DNA of 64,000 bases from Octopus sinensis (GCF_006345805.1 NW_021825323.1:62001-126000); one strand, 5' to 3'. Shown: positions 1 through 14,697, counted from the first letter of the stretch. Numbers and translations: made by a program. The notes: a model not told the origin generated them from the sequence alone.

Positions 1-174
1 AATCCCAGACCAAAGGTCTCCCAGAATAAATTTTCTCTATTGGTTTAATAATAAATTTTGTTTTTAGATAAGAAAAATTTTTTTGACAAAAAACTTAATA
101 AATATGTAGGGGGTCCGCGAAATTTTTCATTTACTCACAAGGGGTCCGCGGACAAAAAAGGTTGAGAACCACTG
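1..174. mobile_element. Right end of a hAT (Buster/Charlie-like) DNA transposon
   Basis: Ends GGTTGAGAACCACTG (reverse complement of a CAGTGGTTCTCAACC-type TIR), followed by CCCTAAGG, an nnnTAnnn 8-mer. The other end is outside the window. Confidence 0.7.
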
Positions 175-182
175 CCCTAAGG

Positions 183-1320
183 AGTTCTCCTTGTTTTCGC
201 ATGCCTAATCTGTTATCCGATATCGATTCTATCTTGAAGTCTGGAGCCGAGTATCTGTGCAACATCCATTTCGACGCTCTGGGGTGGCTTCAATCTTCCC
301 TGCCTGTTAATCTTGGGGGGATTGGCCTTCGTTCGCCCGTTTATCTGGCTCTTCCTGCCTTCCTCTCGTCCCTGGCATCATCCCGTGCCCTCACTGACAT
401 CGTTCTCAGAAACCTTCCCGAACGAAAAGTGTCAGTTGATCACGTGGCCACTCTGGACCTTTGGGATTCTGCGTATACCAAAAGACCTGCCGACCCATCC
501 GTCCAGGGTAAGTGGGATTCGATCACTTGTGACACTCTCTCCTCTGTCCTGCTTCAGAGTTTCGACCAGCACAGGCTGGCCTGTCTTCGTGCGGGCTGCA
601 GTCCGGGCAGTGGGGCCTGACTTGACGCCCTTCCTCTACCGAACATCGGGACACTACTAGACGGCGACTGTCTCAGAGTCGCTATTTCTCTGCGTCTCGG
701 TTTGAAGATCTGTGAAATTCACAAGTGCCGCTGTGGGGCCATGATCGACCAGCACGGACTACACCCTCTTTCCTGCAGACGCAGTGCTGGGCGGGCACCA
801 CGCAACACAGCCTTAAATGACGTCGTCTTTAGGGGTCTCATCGCTGCCGGAATTCCATCAATCCTAGAACCGGCCGGGCTTGCTAGGGGAGACGGAAAAA
901 GACCTGACGGTCTATCCACCTTCCCCTTTGAGTTCGGCAAGTCGCTGATTTGGGACGCGACATGTTCAGATACTTTCTCTGAACCTAATCTTCCCTTGTC
1001 AGCCGTCGCAGCCGGTTCGGTATCCCTTAGAACAGAAAAGCTTAAGATTGCGAAATATAGAGAACTCTCGGAGCGATATCTATTCGCCCCTGTTGCTGTC
1101 GAGACTTCAGGGGTCATTGGGGAAAAGTCTTTGACTTTCCTCTATAAGCTCGGACGTCTGATCTCTCTGAAGAGAAATGACACAGGCGAGACGGGCTGGC
1201 TCCTTCAGAGGATTTCCCTTGCCATCGTACGAGGTAACTGTTTCTCCATCTACGAAGCGGGGAAGTCCTCTAACTAACTTTATCACATTTAATTACATTG
1301 ATTTCCTTTATAAAAAAAGT
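183..1320 (+). mobile_element. 5'-truncated CRE-clade non-LTR retrotransposon (end of RT plus CCHC/RLE domain), pseudogene
   Basis: ORFs 162-620 and 702-1277 are in one frame, split by TGA at the conserved W of 'SGAWL'. Motifs CRCG..GLHPLSC, RGDGKRPDG, WDATC, RISLAIVRGN; A-rich tail. Confidence 0.85.
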
Positions 1321-2042
1321 TTATTTCAAAAAAAAGAAAAAGAAACTAACTAACTAAGTAATTTTACTAACTAAATTCAGAGCCTTCGAAGTGAGCAGAA
1401 GGTGGCACTCCACGCACCTCCTCCCCTTCTCTGGCACTGTAGACCTTCGAGAAGGTGCAGTCCAGCGCCTCTCGCTGACTAAACGTCAGGAAAGGGCTGG
1501 ATCGGCGAGCATCAAACGAGACACTTTCCAGAGTCCTCTTAAGAACAGTTGACTGTATATAAGCCTGTAGAGCAGGGGTGCGCAAGTGCGGCCGTGAGTC
1601 GATGAATGTGCGGCCGTGGGCACAATTAGGTCATCGAGCAACTAATCTTAAATATAATGCTCATAGTGTTAATTAATCAAGAAAAACCCTTAATAATAAT
1701 TAAAAATATTCATATTAAATAAAATTCTATTTTTATATAATGGTTAACCTTTATTAAAAGTAATTATCATAAACGGCTTAATTTATTTTGCATTATGTAG
1801 CGCTGTTGTCTTTATTTGGTTACCTTTATTTATATATTTAATTGGATTCAAAGGAATATTTTGGGATGTAGTTTCTTTTAATGGTTAAATTATTTGAAAT
1901 TTCATCATTTTTGTGATATTTTCCGATTTTATTTCTTTAATCGTTTTTTTTACTTATTTTGAATTTTTTAAAACACAATTTTTTCTTTTTCATTTCACCA
2001 ACAAGCACTTTATTCACAATGAAGTAAAACAATTATTATATA

Positions 2043-3561
2043 CAGTACCGCTCAAATGTTTCGGACCACCCTATTTTTCTCAATTTCCAAGTCAATCCTA
2101 AATTATTTTTATACGGTTCTTTAGAGAAACTTATTAGATAAGCTTAAACACATTTATTCTATTTTAAAACTTGGACAGATATTCATGTTTGGCGCAATTT
2201 TAAAATTATCGATTTTATACTCGATCATATGTTCCGGACCAGTTTAAAAAAAACCGAAAATTTATTAAACTTATAAAAAGTTAATAATTAATATTTCCTC
2301 CGTTGTTCGTTATAACAGCATTTATTCGCTCTGGAAGTGAATTGTATAATTTTTCAATGTACGAATTATCAATCTCGTACCAAATTTTTTTGGTCAAATT
2401 CCAGAGCTCTGGAAGATCTTTTGGTTCCAGATCATAAAGTTTTTGTTTTAGTACCGACCACATATTTTCAATAATATTCAGTTCGGGTGACTGGCTCGGC
2501 CAAGTTTCTAAGATTTTTATTTGTTTCCTTTGAAAAAAATTCATTGTCGACATGGACCGATGGGAAGGAGCGCCGTCTTGCTGGAGATACATGGTCTCAT
2601 CATAAAAATTTTCGAGTCCAACATTTATAATTCTCTGATACTCTGCGGAATCAACATTTTTAATGCATAAGACAATGTTTCTCCATCCATTTGCAGCACA
2701 ATAGCTCCCCAGACCATAATGCTAGGAGAAAATTTTCGTGTTTTTAAACAATATTTTGAGTCAAATCTAGAGTTTGGTGGCCTTCTAACATAATTTTTTG
2801 TGTTTGAATGCAAATTTATTTTGCATTCATCACTAAAAATAATTTTACCCCAATCATTTTGGCTCCAAGTTAATTTCTCAATGCACCATTTTTTCTAGCC
2901 TTTTTATGGCATATGGAAAGACTTGGTTTTGGGCATTGCTTTCGCCCATTCAAATTATTTCTTTGTAGGCATCTTTTAATTGTATTTGTGCTTACAATAG
3001 AATTTAATTTCATATCAAATTTAATTTGATTTGCCGTTTTTGTGGGGTCTGCTTTCGAAATTCTCACTAATTTGCGTTCAGATCTTGGGGATAACAATCT
3101 CGGTCGACCAGATTTGGGTCTGTCGGAATATAGTCCAACGGATGAATATCTGGAAATTGTTCTTTGAACAGCAGTTTTGGATATTTTTAATTTTTCGGCA
3201 ATTTCTCTTTGTGAAGCTCCATCTTTAAAAAAGTGATGATAGCGACCCGATCAACCAGTGAAACACGCGGCATTTGTTATTTATTAGTCTTTTGTTTTTA
3301 ATTGAATCAAAATTATTTAAATTTAAAGAGATTTAACTGGTTCGAAACATATGATTGCAACTGGTCCGGAACATATGATCGAGTCAAAAATCAATTATAT
3401 TCAATTGGCGCCAAACAAAAATATTTAAAGAAAATTTTAGAATAGAATAAATGTATTTAAGCTTATCTAATAAGTTTCTCTAAAGAACCGTATAAAAATA
3501 ATTTAGGATTGACTTGGAAATTGAGAAAAATAGGGTGGTCCGAAACATTTGAGCGGTACTG
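2043..3561 (-). mobile_element. Tc1-like transposon with ~200-bp TIRs and a frameshifted transposase (about 2281-3273)
   Basis: TIRs start CAGTACCGCTCAAATGTTTCGGACC; TA flanks; QQDGAPSH and WPSQSPELNIIENMW motifs. Confidence 0.92.
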
Positions 3562-3626
3562 TATATCCGAAACAATGCATTGAGACATAGACAGTTTCGT
3601 ACAATTCTTTCCGGTAGTGAAATATC

Positions 3627-6138
3627 GGTATGCGGAAAGAAAGTCAAGCGGAAAAAACGTCAAGTGGAAAAAAAGTCAAGTCCGTAAGCGGAAAAAAAGT
3701 CAAGTGGAAAAAAAGTCAAGTCGTCTTTGTTTACTATATTGTATCTTTTTCGCAATAATAGCAACTTTTAATTTTTAACAAATTTTTTCAATACTTGACT
3801 TTTTTTCCGCTTTACTTTTTTTCCATTTTTGAAATTTATTCCCTTATAAATTTTCGAAATTTAGCGCAAAACGGAAAAAAAGTCAAGTTCGTTAACGAAA
3901 TTACGGACTGTAATTTCATTTAAATGTTCTGCCACAGCTAAGCAACACGTTGTGAAAATAAATTTTAAAAGCTTGGTTCAGAATATCGGTTTTTTAAAAC
4001 TGATATCACTTGCAATTGTATGCGCAAACTTTTTTTCGTTCGCGTTAGCTTCTCGCCTGCCGAAATAGTTCGCTTCCTTTGTTTTATCTATTCTGTTTCA
4101 TTTCTTCCGGAAAATAAATCACATAAATTTTACAAAAATTCTTAGAGTAGTCCAGATTTTCTTTATTTTTAAAAATTTTTAAATATTAAAAAGATTTTTA
4201 TTAAACGTGATGAAAGGATTATTTAATTCGAATTAAAAGAATATTTAATATTCCATGCAATTGCTTGTAGGGTTTCTCCTATTGTCTTTTTTCTGTTTGG
4301 CGATCCAGACATATATTTAGCAGCCTTTGTTGTCGATCGAGTGTACTCTTGTTTTTTCTTGTCGTAATTTTTCTTCCGATGGAATCCTGGTCAATAATTG
4401 TTTTCGTCATTTTTTCTTCTTTTTGAAAAGAAGATATAATATTCCATATCGATGGATGACGATATCCCGTCAAATTGTATAATTTATTGTTCCATCCTTC
4501 ACAATAGTTGTTTGTTCTTTGATCATTATTGAGCGTGGCTTCATACACATTCCATAAAATTGGGGGGAACAATGGAGAAATGTGCTGTATTCTAACAGAT
4601 AAAGGGTTTTCTTGTTTATTTAAGCAACGATAATAACCACGAACATATGTTCGATCAAAATAATCTACTATATATTTTGAATCTGGAACATCTTTTGGTA
4701 TATTATCTATTAGGAATTCTATTCCTTCTTCCAGATCTTGAATGGGCAAAAACGCAAGAGCGTCTATCATAGCGCAAAAAATGTTGAAGTTAATATTTTC
4801 TTTATATTCTTTTACTAAATGCAATTCTTGAATTTTTCTCCAGGTTGACTGCCTTAGATGATAATAACATCCTCTAATATGTATTCGTCTCCCAAATACT
4901 GCAAGGACAGCTCGAAATACCGAATCTTCAAAGTCTGCCATAATAGTTTCAAGACAAAATTCCAAATTCAAATTATGAATTGCATTTTGAATAGTCTCAA
5001 AAAATTCTTCGTAAATCTTTCTTGATTTAGAAGGTAATATTCCATAAATAACTGTAATTGGACTGGAATTGAACTCAATTCTGATAAAATATATTTGCTT
5101 GAATATGCATGGTGCCATAGAGAAATTTCCATCCATATACCATACTTTGGAATTTGCCAATAACGTTAAATTAGTATTGGTGCTGAATATTAAAAGTCTA
5201 TCGTTTCTTCTTTGATTATCATAAATTAAAAAGTTTTCTGAATCCGGACCAAGAGTTGAAGTTAAAAATGATGGAATATCTTCTAGATCTAGAATATTTT
5301 TTGGAATATGTAGAGACAAGCGTTGATTTCTTATTGTTCGCTTGAAAGAATCTGCAGAAGGGAGAATAATTCTGGATGATGTATCACATTGAGAAACACA
5401 TTTGAATAGATTTGTAAGGGATTCTCTTGGCTCTTTTTTGCAAGAAGTTTTGCCTTGTTGCACAACTTCGTCAGTTTTATTTGAGTTTCGTCTAATTCGT
5501 GATTGTGAGAGGTTCCTTCTTTAGGAAACTCAAAGTTATGATCTGTTCTTAAGCTTCCTCTGCATCCTTGCGAAGACTTTTTAACACAATTAAAAATTAT
5601 ATAATTTTTTGTTGTCGAGTGCCTTGTATACATATAACCTTTGAAACAAATTTTTTTTCCTCCTTTGTTAGATGATATTATCTCCATTTTGTCACTTATT
5701 TTTGCGGCATCCATAATATTTAAGATACAATATGCATAATATTTAAGATCAAGGCGTAAGATTAAGCAAATAAGTCAGGCCACTTTTATTATTACTTTGA
5801 AGTTCTTAAATTGATTTAGGAAAAGCGATTATTTTAAGACGGAAAATAAGTCAAGTTCGTTAACGAAATTACGGACTTGACTTTTTTTCCGTTTTGCGCT
5901 AAATTTCGAAAATTTATAAGGGAATAAATTTCAAAAATGGAAAAAAAGTAAAGCGGAAAAAAAGTCAAGTATTGAAAAAAATTGTTAAAAATTAAAAGTT
6001 GCTATTATTGCGAAAAAGATACAATATAAAGTAAACAAAGACGACTTGACTTTTTTTCCACTTGACTTTTTTTCCGCTTACGGACTTGACTTTTTTTCCA
6101 CTTGACGTTTTTTCCGCTTGACTTTCTTTCCTACAATC
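3627..6138 (-). mobile_element. Mutator-like (MULE) transposon with ~250-bp TIRs
   Basis: Long inverted repeats with AAGTCAAG subrepeats (about 3634-3890 and 5875-6131); direct repeat GAAATATC on both sides. Confidence 0.85.
4279..5714 (-). pseudogene. MULE transposase (FLYWCH-like N-terminus plus DDE core) with one frameshift near 5460
   Basis: FKGYMY...FNC...C N-terminus; WYMDGNF, ADFE, GCYYHLRQ and RTNNYCEGWNNKL motifs. Confidence 0.88.
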
Positions 6139-6149
6139 GAAATATCTGC

Positions 6150-7257
6150 TGAAGACATTTTATACCATGCAGAAAATTTAATATCAACTGGGAAAGTGAA
6201 TACTTCGTAGTCGAAACAGACAACAATAGTATGCAATGCTTATTGTGCCTTGAGATTGTGAAAACTATAAAACGGGACAATGCTAAACAACATTTTCAAA
6301 GACATTTAGACAACCTAGCTGTCAAGTCCAAGTGTTCAAGAGAAGATTCCCTCGAAAATTTGAAATACAAATTAAGACAAAAAAAATGTTTAAAAACTTT
6401 TTTAAATGTGGCAAATGCAAGAGTTGAAGCATCCTTTCGAGTTGCTCATATCCTTGGATCTGCTGGAAAACCTTTTTCAGACGGCGAACTTTGAAAAGAT
6501 GTATCATGGAATCAGTTAAATGCATTGATCCCGACAAGGAGCATAACTTTGAAGCAATTCCACTTTCACGTGACACAATTCAGCCCCGACAGTTTCATAT
6601 TGCCGAGCATCTTAATCTATCACTCCTACAAAAATTAAATTCTCAAACTACGTTATTTTCACTTGCCATTGATGAGTCGAATGATATGTGTGATTCTGAT
6701 CATATTTATTCGTACTCTATCCTTCGATTTTGAAATACATGAGGATTTTCTATCCATAAAGTCACTACCTGGAAATGTACGGAGTCAAGATATATTTGAA
6801 ATAGTTAAACAATGTTGTTTGGAATTCAAATTGGACATGAAATGTCTTATCATTGATTGATCTCATTGATGACAAAATAATTAATTATGACGATCTTACA
6901 CCAAATACATTTAATACTATATTCGATTATATTTTGAAACAATTTGAAGAGCTATTTAACGAATTTAAAAAAATTGAACTCAAACTTCAATTAACTGCAG
7001 CACCACATACTGTTTCGATTGAGAATGCGCCATTGGAATTTCAAATTGAATTACATTGGAATTTCAAATTGAATGCGCCATTCGGAAGCACATATTTATG
7101 TGAGTCTACATTTTCCAAAATGAATTATTTAAAAAGTCAATATAGATCTCGGATAACGGATGCAAACTTAGAGTCATGTTTGCGCATAATGATATCTACC
7201 CTACCAGTGGATTTCAATAAGCTCGCAAAAAATACCAAAGATCCTGGCCGTCATTAG
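6150..7257 (+). pseudogene. Fragmented hAT transposase (GTF2IRD2/Buster-like)
   Basis: QCLLC..., FSLAIDES, and C-terminal FGSTYLCESTFSKM...RSRITD motifs spread over several frames. Confidence 0.85.
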
Positions 7258-8728
7258 AATAACTTGTATAATACATTTCTTTTAATTAACTTTCCTTCTT
7301 TCTTATCTTTTGTCCATGAAATAATTATTTATTTTAATAATATGATGTCCCTGATGAACGAGAGCATTTCCTGTCCAAGAACTCATTCGGTCTCGATGAC
7401 AATGGGCAACTTATGCGGTCACTTTTAATAATTAAAAAAAATTACTATATTAATATCGAAAAAATAATGCAGAAAATGTGCGGCCGTGGAAGAGAAGGAA
7501 AAATAAATGCTATGCGGCCGCAAACCCAAAAAGCTTGCGCACCCCTGCTGTAGAGACTTATCCACATCCAACTTTCTTAAGTACCGCCTGTGGTATTTGG
7601 TGACCAGTCCATCCCATGTCATCACACACGGGATGAAATGGACTTTGCACTGGTGCATCAGTCCTAGCTCGTTTGCAAGGAGGTCATACTTCCTCCTTTT
7701 CTTCACTTCCACTATCTGCAAACGGTCTAGGCACGTGATTCCCACCTCCACGATAACAATCTCCCCGGTGACCTTATCGTGGACCACAATATCGGGTCTG
7801 TTGTGCTGGACAACAATCGAGGTGCGTATGGGCGTATCCACCTTAATGCACACCCGCAAGTTCTCACACACCGATTGAACTCGATGGGTTCGCAACTTTC
7901 TGGACCGCCTCAAGCCATACTTATTGCAGAGCAAAAGATGGAGGGACCTCACCACCTCGTTATGCCTCCATGTGTAATCATGGTAAAGCATACTCCCGCA
8001 CTTCGTGGCTAAATGGTCAACGGTCATTGCCTTACTCTTTCAGTGGTTACACTGTTTCCGTTGACCATTAAAAAAGTTTCTATCCTGCAAATATGAGAAC
8101 AACCCTTCAGATCGGGGAGAGTTATTCCCATATTTCAGCCACGTTGATGACGACGATACGTCAATGTGCGGGTTTTCCAGGCTGCTAAAGAGAGTCTTGT
8201 GAAGGACTTTTAAGTTGATCTTTTTAATTAGGGACTCCTTTTGAAGTTTGATCAACTCCTTCACATTAACTTGGGTAGCACCTAGACCATACTTAGCCGA
8301 CACATAGCCTTTTATGGTCCCTAGGTGTGTACCACGCACTTTTTCAGCAGCAAGGATGGCAGCCTTCCTTTGGGATACACTCGACCCACTCCACAAGGTG
8401 TCGTGCATCTTAGTAAGAATTTGCTCACTTAAGTGTACGATGTTATTCAGTCCACGTCCTAGCTGCCCGCGAGACAAGTAGAATCTCTCCTTATTGCTCG
8501 CCAACACGTGGACACGATTCTCTCGGAGTACTCTTCGGACAATAAGATCCATTTCATCGTACTCACTCGGCTCGAATTCGATCAGGCCAACGTAGTAGTT
8601 TAGCAATGAGGTGGCGTACTCGTTCAAGGCATGAAATATGTCGCGAGCGCAGCGAGAGACCGAGCACTAGACGCGACTTTGACACCTGTCAAGCCGGTCA
8701 TTAACGTGTCAGTCTAATTTAATCAATA

Positions 8729-10272
8729 TGTCGCGAACTACGCTGGCGACCATACCACGCTGGCGACCAGAGCAACCTTCATTGTTGACAAGATTGACAG
8801 CGCGACCTACATAGTTTGACACTAATTACTGGCTAAAGATAATTGCTAAAAAATCAAAAAACTTAACATTTTTTTATCTCTATTCATAGTAACTATTTCG
8901 TAATTTGATCTAAATGTTTGTTAGGAAAGACAACTAACCATTAATCTGTATTTAGACATTATATTTTTTTACTTTTCCCTTTTCTTCATATGGGGATTCA
9001 AATCTGTGTAGCTTCAATGACGGATTCGTCCCACAATCTTTTATTATTCGCTTCTAAAAATAAATACATCATAAATTTACCATTAAGTTCATCTTCGACA
9101 AACGATGACTCGTTATTTTTATCTAAATTATAAATAAGATTATAACCTGGTATTTCATGAATCACAGTGTTAGTTCTAGAAATACCCCTAAACTTTTGAA
9201 GGGGGTCTCATTGATCGCCGAGTGGTGTGTCGTATTATAGGAAAAAGTTTTTTTGTCTAAAAATTGTTTCCAATTTTTACGTATTTTTTTATGTAGAGAA
9301 ATTGTATGACCGGTTTCAGTAGCATGTTGTATAATTTGATTTTCAGAGAGGTCGAAATTTGTTCATAATATGTCCGCTGTATTGTTTCCAATTTTTAGTT
9401 CCTTCTTTATCCATCAGTTTTGCCATACCATGTGTCAATGTTTGGTTAAAACGCTCAATTACACCCTAATTTATTTCAAATTTATAAACTTGTGACTGGG
9501 GATGGTTTGTTTTTCAATGAATATGTTTGATTTTATTTTCTCCGCATATCTGATCCATCAGTTGATTTTTGAATTCCAATCCGTTGTCAGTTTGTAAAAT
9601 TTGACAATATCCAATTCTTCTAACATCAGTAAGATCCGCCTGGAATCTTTTATTTAGACTTCTTGCCGTTACATGGTAATTAGAATCGGATACCTAAGTA
9701 TGTTTAATCAAAAATACTTTTAACGGCCCAGCAAATTTACAGATTTCGCAGTCTTTTATAATTTGTTCGATAATAGGGCGTTTCACAGTAAAATAAAATT
9801 CACAGCACTTCTTATGAAGCTTTAGAATTCCCCAGTGGCATTCTTGGTGAATAGCGAATGCCAGTGTCTTCATCTCCATTTAATTGTCAAAAAAGATAAC
9901 CAATTTGTGTTTTTGGTTATTATCGTCCTTTAGATAGAGACTACGAATTAGGAATGTCAAATATACCGATCATCAATTATCATAAATTGATTCGCTTTTT
10001 TAATAAGTTTGTATTTTTCGGATTTAGATGTAGTTTGTACGGGTATTTGGAGTAGTGCATTTAAAATATTTTTATATTCACTGTCATTTTTCACGTAACC
10101 TAAGGATTGAGACTATATTAATACAACACCTTTTGGAAGATACCATTGTTTTAACTAAAATGACGTTAAACCCTTTTTATAATAAATTATTTTCGTTTTT
10201 AATTGAATGTAACTATGTAGGTCACGCTGTCAACAATGAAGGTCACACTGGTCGCCAGCTATGGGCGCGACA
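8729..10272 (-). mobile_element. Ginger-like element G2 with an internally deleted integrase
   Basis: TGTCGCG...CGCGACA imperfect TIRs; TSD CAATA; HHCC motif (IHQECH...CEIC), QTDNGLEF, GVIERFNQ; 24-nt intron 9694-9717. Confidence 0.85.
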
Positions 10273-10340
10273 CAATAAAAATGCTGTAAAAATCATGTAA
10301 AATATTACTCACGTTAGATAAATTTTGTTTTTTGTGTGCC

Positions 10341-11487
10341 ATGTCGTATACGCGTTTGCATGTGAAAGATGAAGGTGAATACAATTTGCTAAACGAATAT
10401 TTGTACTATTTGATAATAACTACAAGTTAATTAATTAAAAGCTTCATGGGCGGGAAGCCGACGCGATCGAGAAAGAATTAGAGCGTACTATCGCAAGGGA
10501 TATCCGCTCGAAAAACCATCTCGATATGCTAAAATCCATACTTGAAAATGAGAATGTCGATCTTCACAACATAAGAAGTATCGACTTAAAAAAAGGCAGA
10601 GAATTTCACAATAATTGAGGGGAAATTGTATCTGAAGGATGTAAACGGGCTACACAAGCTCGTCATTGTGTCCATGAACATTGAAGAAATAAAAAATATT
10701 GTTTGAGGGATTCATGAGGCCAATCATTGCGGACACAATGCATTGGAAGCTCTTTGTAGGAGAAGATTTTATACAATAAAAAGAGAGATTATTCGGGAAG
10801 TTGTTAGAGATTGCAATATTTGTCAATTCTCAGTACCACTAAAACAATACGATGATTCAACTCATATTGTTGCCGATTCGCCTAATGAGAGATTTTAAGT
10901 CGATCTGATTGATCTTAAAAGGTCTTTATTTTTTTATTGTTATTTTATAGATTTAAAGATCAAAATAATCATTTTTCTTGGTTGCTTACTGTAGTCGACG
11001 TTTATTCGAAATATTCTTTTTCGAAAAATCTCTTAAATAAAAGTGGTTTTGAAGTGGCCGAAAAACTAGAAGAAATTTTTATGGGTTACGGCCCATGTAA
11101 ATATTTGCAATCGGACAACGGAACAGAGTTCAAGAACATTCACATGACAAATTTATGCACAGACTATAATGTGACTCAAATACATGGAAGGCCAAACAAT
11201 CCGAAAAGTCAAGGGATTGTGGAGAGATTCAACCAGACGATCACACGAAGTTTATCGAAAATGATGAGTTTGGAAAGTAAAAAGGAGTGGGTAAAATACG
11301 TTTCAAAGGCTGTTTTTTTATACAATCAAACTCCTCACTCCTCCACAGGTAAATTGTCTCATATTTTTTGTAGGTTTTAGTCCGTTCGAAAGATATCGTG
11401 GGATTCCGGGATTTAATACTGTAAAAGAAAATAGTACTTAACAGGACAACATTGAATCATTAAAAAAAGGTTTTGTATTTAAATATA
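10341..11487 (+). pseudogene. Ginger-type (rve, SCAND3/KRBA2-like) integrase of G1; C-terminus continues at about 28841-29170
   Basis: H-x3-H...C-x2-C zinc finger; VVDVYSK, LQSDNGTEF, QGIVERFNQT; introns 10922-10950 and 11349-11373. Confidence 0.85.
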
Positions 11488-12053
11488 CACCCCTCGTCAC
11501 CGAAAACCGGACAAGCCATTTTTTATGATTTTATTAATTAAATACAAAAAATCAAAAACGTACGCTTAATATTTTTACTTAATAATAATAATTGTGTATT
11601 AATTATTAATTATGCTATTATAGAACTAATATTTAAAGCAGAATTTCAATTTAGTTATGACATGTAAAACCGGACAAAACTTTTATAGATCTAAAAGTCG
11701 TTGAAAAGAAGCTAAAAATGTATAGTCAAAGAAGAAGTCACCTTTGAGATTTCCTGAAAGAACAAATTATTGCATTTTATAATCATAATATGTCACATGC
11801 CTCAGGGATTACTATGCCCCACTCGTTACCTCCGAATTATTTCTGAGAAATAATTGATTAATGATTTTTCAATTTTTTAGAAAAATTAATAATCAATCAC
11901 AACGACGAACGAACGAACGAAGAATTTTATTGTAAGAAAGAAGAGCGAGACAGAAAATTAGTGCGGAAAGTAATTTTGACGAGACGATTGCTTTGGGCAT
12001 TCGAGCTCTTCCATGGTTCGTCCGCTTTGTCTGTCTATGAGCAGGGACACCTG

Positions 12054-14650
12054 CTATTCTCCACGATCGATGAATAGGTCAGTTACTTTAGAGCGTTTCC
12101 GAAAAGTTCGGATAGAAGCCTCGATGGCCTGCCGTAGCTCTGGAGACTTGCTCTCCGCCCAGCTTGGGACAGGCTCCCATGGATTTAGCATATAGGCTAG
12201 TTTTAGAGCGTATCTCCGTATTTTTTCGCATTTTCGCAGAATTTTCTCATATTGTTTCGAGTAGAACCAAGCTTCCATACCATACAGTAGGCTGGGCAAG
12301 ATTGTTGCATGGTATACAAATAGGAAGGTATTTGGATTCAAGTGCATGCTTCTTAGGAGTCGGAGAGCGGCGATGGCTTTCCCTTTTCTCCGTTTGAAAT
12401 GCAAATGGTATCTCGAGTTTGCGTCGATTGTGAGCCCCAGGTAACGTATGCTCTCAGGGCGAGCAATTTCCACCAAAGAGCCGGGTTTGCGATCTTGCGA
12501 CTTTCTTGGGTTAATTTGGAGATATGCAGATTTGTCCATGGCCAGCGAGAGTCGCTTACCAATGCACCAATTCTTTATCTCCTCAATGTAGCCGGCAAGT
12601 CGTTTCTCCGAGGCATTGGTGTCCATCGAGGTGTCCAGAACGAGAACATCGTCCGCGTAGAGGAGTAGGGATGTCCTGGGATCGGAGGGTGTGGGGAAAC
12701 TGCTCATTACCAAATTGAAAAAGATTGGGCTGAGACAGGACCCCTGCGGAACCCCCCTTCGGAGCGAAATATATCTTGAGAAGAAGCCCGACTCAGAGAT
12801 AAAAGAGTAGCGATTTGAGAGGAAGCAGCGCATCCAGAGGAAGACTTCCGCTGTTGGCTCACAGAGTTCGATCCTTTCCAGGAGGTCTCTGTGCCAGACG
12901 CTGTCAAAAGCCTTTGAGATGTCCAGACATACAAGAGATAAAGTTTCTTTAAACTCCGTTGCTCTCGAGATGGTGGACTGTACCGTAATGAAACAGTCAC
13001 CGCAGCTACGTCCAGAGCGAAAACCCCATTGCTGCGGGAGCAGCACTTTCTTCTCTTCGGCGTGGAAGTCGAGGCGCTTGGCCATAATTTTCTCCATCAG
13101 CCTTGAGATAGTTGGGATTAGGCTTATGGGACGGTAGCTGCTAGCGAGATTCACCGGTTTCGCAGGCTTTTTGATCATCCGGACCTCTGAGATTTTCCAT
13201 TTTTCCGGCACATGGCCCCATTTGAGACTTGCCGTAAACAGATCCGCGAGGAACACATGTAGGTCTTCGGGTGCTTCCTTAAACAATCGCATCGGTATTT
13301 TGTCATGGCCCGGTGCGTTGCCTTTTGACGAACGGATGGCCCAGGTCACCTCTGCAATGGTGATCGGGTGATGGTCCGGCGACAGTGGGCGCGGCAGTGG
13401 CTCCGACTCCCGGTTTTGCGACGTTTCCGGATTGGCCTCCTGGATAGTGGCCAGGTGTTCTGCAAATATGTTTGGCATCTCTTGTGGCGAGGCGGGCATA
13501 CCAGACTGGTTGCACAACCTCGGGGGAGGATTTTCCTTCGAGGTTAGCCACTTTGTGGAAACAGTCCCAGAAATTTGGGTTTCTGTAGTCCAGGTTTTGA
13601 CAAGCCTTCTGCCATTTCCTGGCTGCTTCCAGCTTTGTCGCGACGTGGACCTTATAACCAATTTCCGAGATCATGTTCCTAAGTCTTCCCCTGTCAGCTG
13701 GGTCCACACAGCGTTTGAGTTTATTTCTCAGCCGCTTCCTTTCGTTGAGGATGATCTTCACTTTCACGCTCAGAGTGGTCCTCCGTGCGCGGTCTGCACT
13801 TGACAATTCTCCGTACGACGTTAGATACTGAAGCATGAATTTGCTTAGCTTATCGCTTGCGGAGTCGATGTCGAGGGCTGAGTTATACCCAACAGGGCGA
13901 CCGTTGTCGTGCAGGAATGCACTTATGGAGCTCCTGTAGTGTGGCCAGTTGATCTTTGAGAGATTGTAGTGAGAGGAAATGTGTTCTTGTCTAACAATGC
14001 TAGTGTGAATTTTGATCTCCATTGGTAGGTGGTCACTTCCGATATCGTCAAGGACTGTAGGCTTTTCCATAAGGTTAGCGACAGAGTGAGAACAGATGCA
14101 CAGGCACAGGTTGTCCCCGCCAAAGGGCGAGTGGTGGTTCGGGTCTTCGGATGTCCTGACGAAAACACCAAGCTTGTCAGTGACCTTCTTCAGTGTTCGA
14201 CCATCTTGGTTGGTTAACCGACATCCAAACGCCGTGTGCTTCGAGTTTAAGTCTCCGATAAGAAGGCAATGAGCTGTGCTTGAGAAGAATTCGTCAATCA
14301 ATCTGATGCAGGGGGGGAGATATTTGCAATATATTCCACCGACCTTTATCCAGAAGGAATCAGTTTTCACCTCAAGAGAGAGGAATTCGCACACCGTGCT
14401 CTCGATGATGGTGAGGTTACGGATTTGGAGGTTTTCGGCGTAGAAGATGCTCGAGCCAGTCCCTGGCGTAGAGCAGCTTCCCCATTTTAGGTCCACTGAC
14501 CGGTAGCCCGGAAGTTCGTACGAGTGGTTTTCTTTGAGCTTAGACTCGTTGACGACAATAATGTCTGGATGGCCGCTGTTTACCATCTCAACGAAGTCCT
14601 GGTGCCGTCTCTTGATAGATCGGGCATTCACAGCGATGATTTTGACTGGG
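12054..14650 (-). pseudogene. LINE A ORF2 (APE endonuclease plus RT), one frameshift near 13540
   Basis: IVVNESK, GDLNSKH, GSDHLP; YRPISL, QWGFR, DISKAFD, GVPQG, YADD. Confidence 0.92.
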
Positions 14651-14697
14651 GCTATGTTGCTGGCGTGCTCCCCTCTAATAGGAGCCGTTGCAGCACC

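Larger units (their letters stand above)
1573..7547 (+). mobile_element. hAT (Buster/SPIN-like) transposon carrying nested Tc1 and MULE elements
   Basis: TIRs CAGGGGTGCGCAAG / CTTGCGCACCCCTG; perfect 8-bp TSD CTGTAGAG (1565-1572, 7548-7555). Confidence 0.92.

Noticed and set aside
618-620. TGA at a conserved Trp suggesting a reassigned genetic code
   Set aside because: Other TE stops are a mix of TAG, TAA and TGA at non-Trp positions; host genes use TGG and the ZDHHC6-like gene ends in TGA.
7344-7405. Hammerhead ribozyme candidate (CTGATGA followed by a stem)
   Set aside because: No GAAA core after the stem and no convincing stems I and III.
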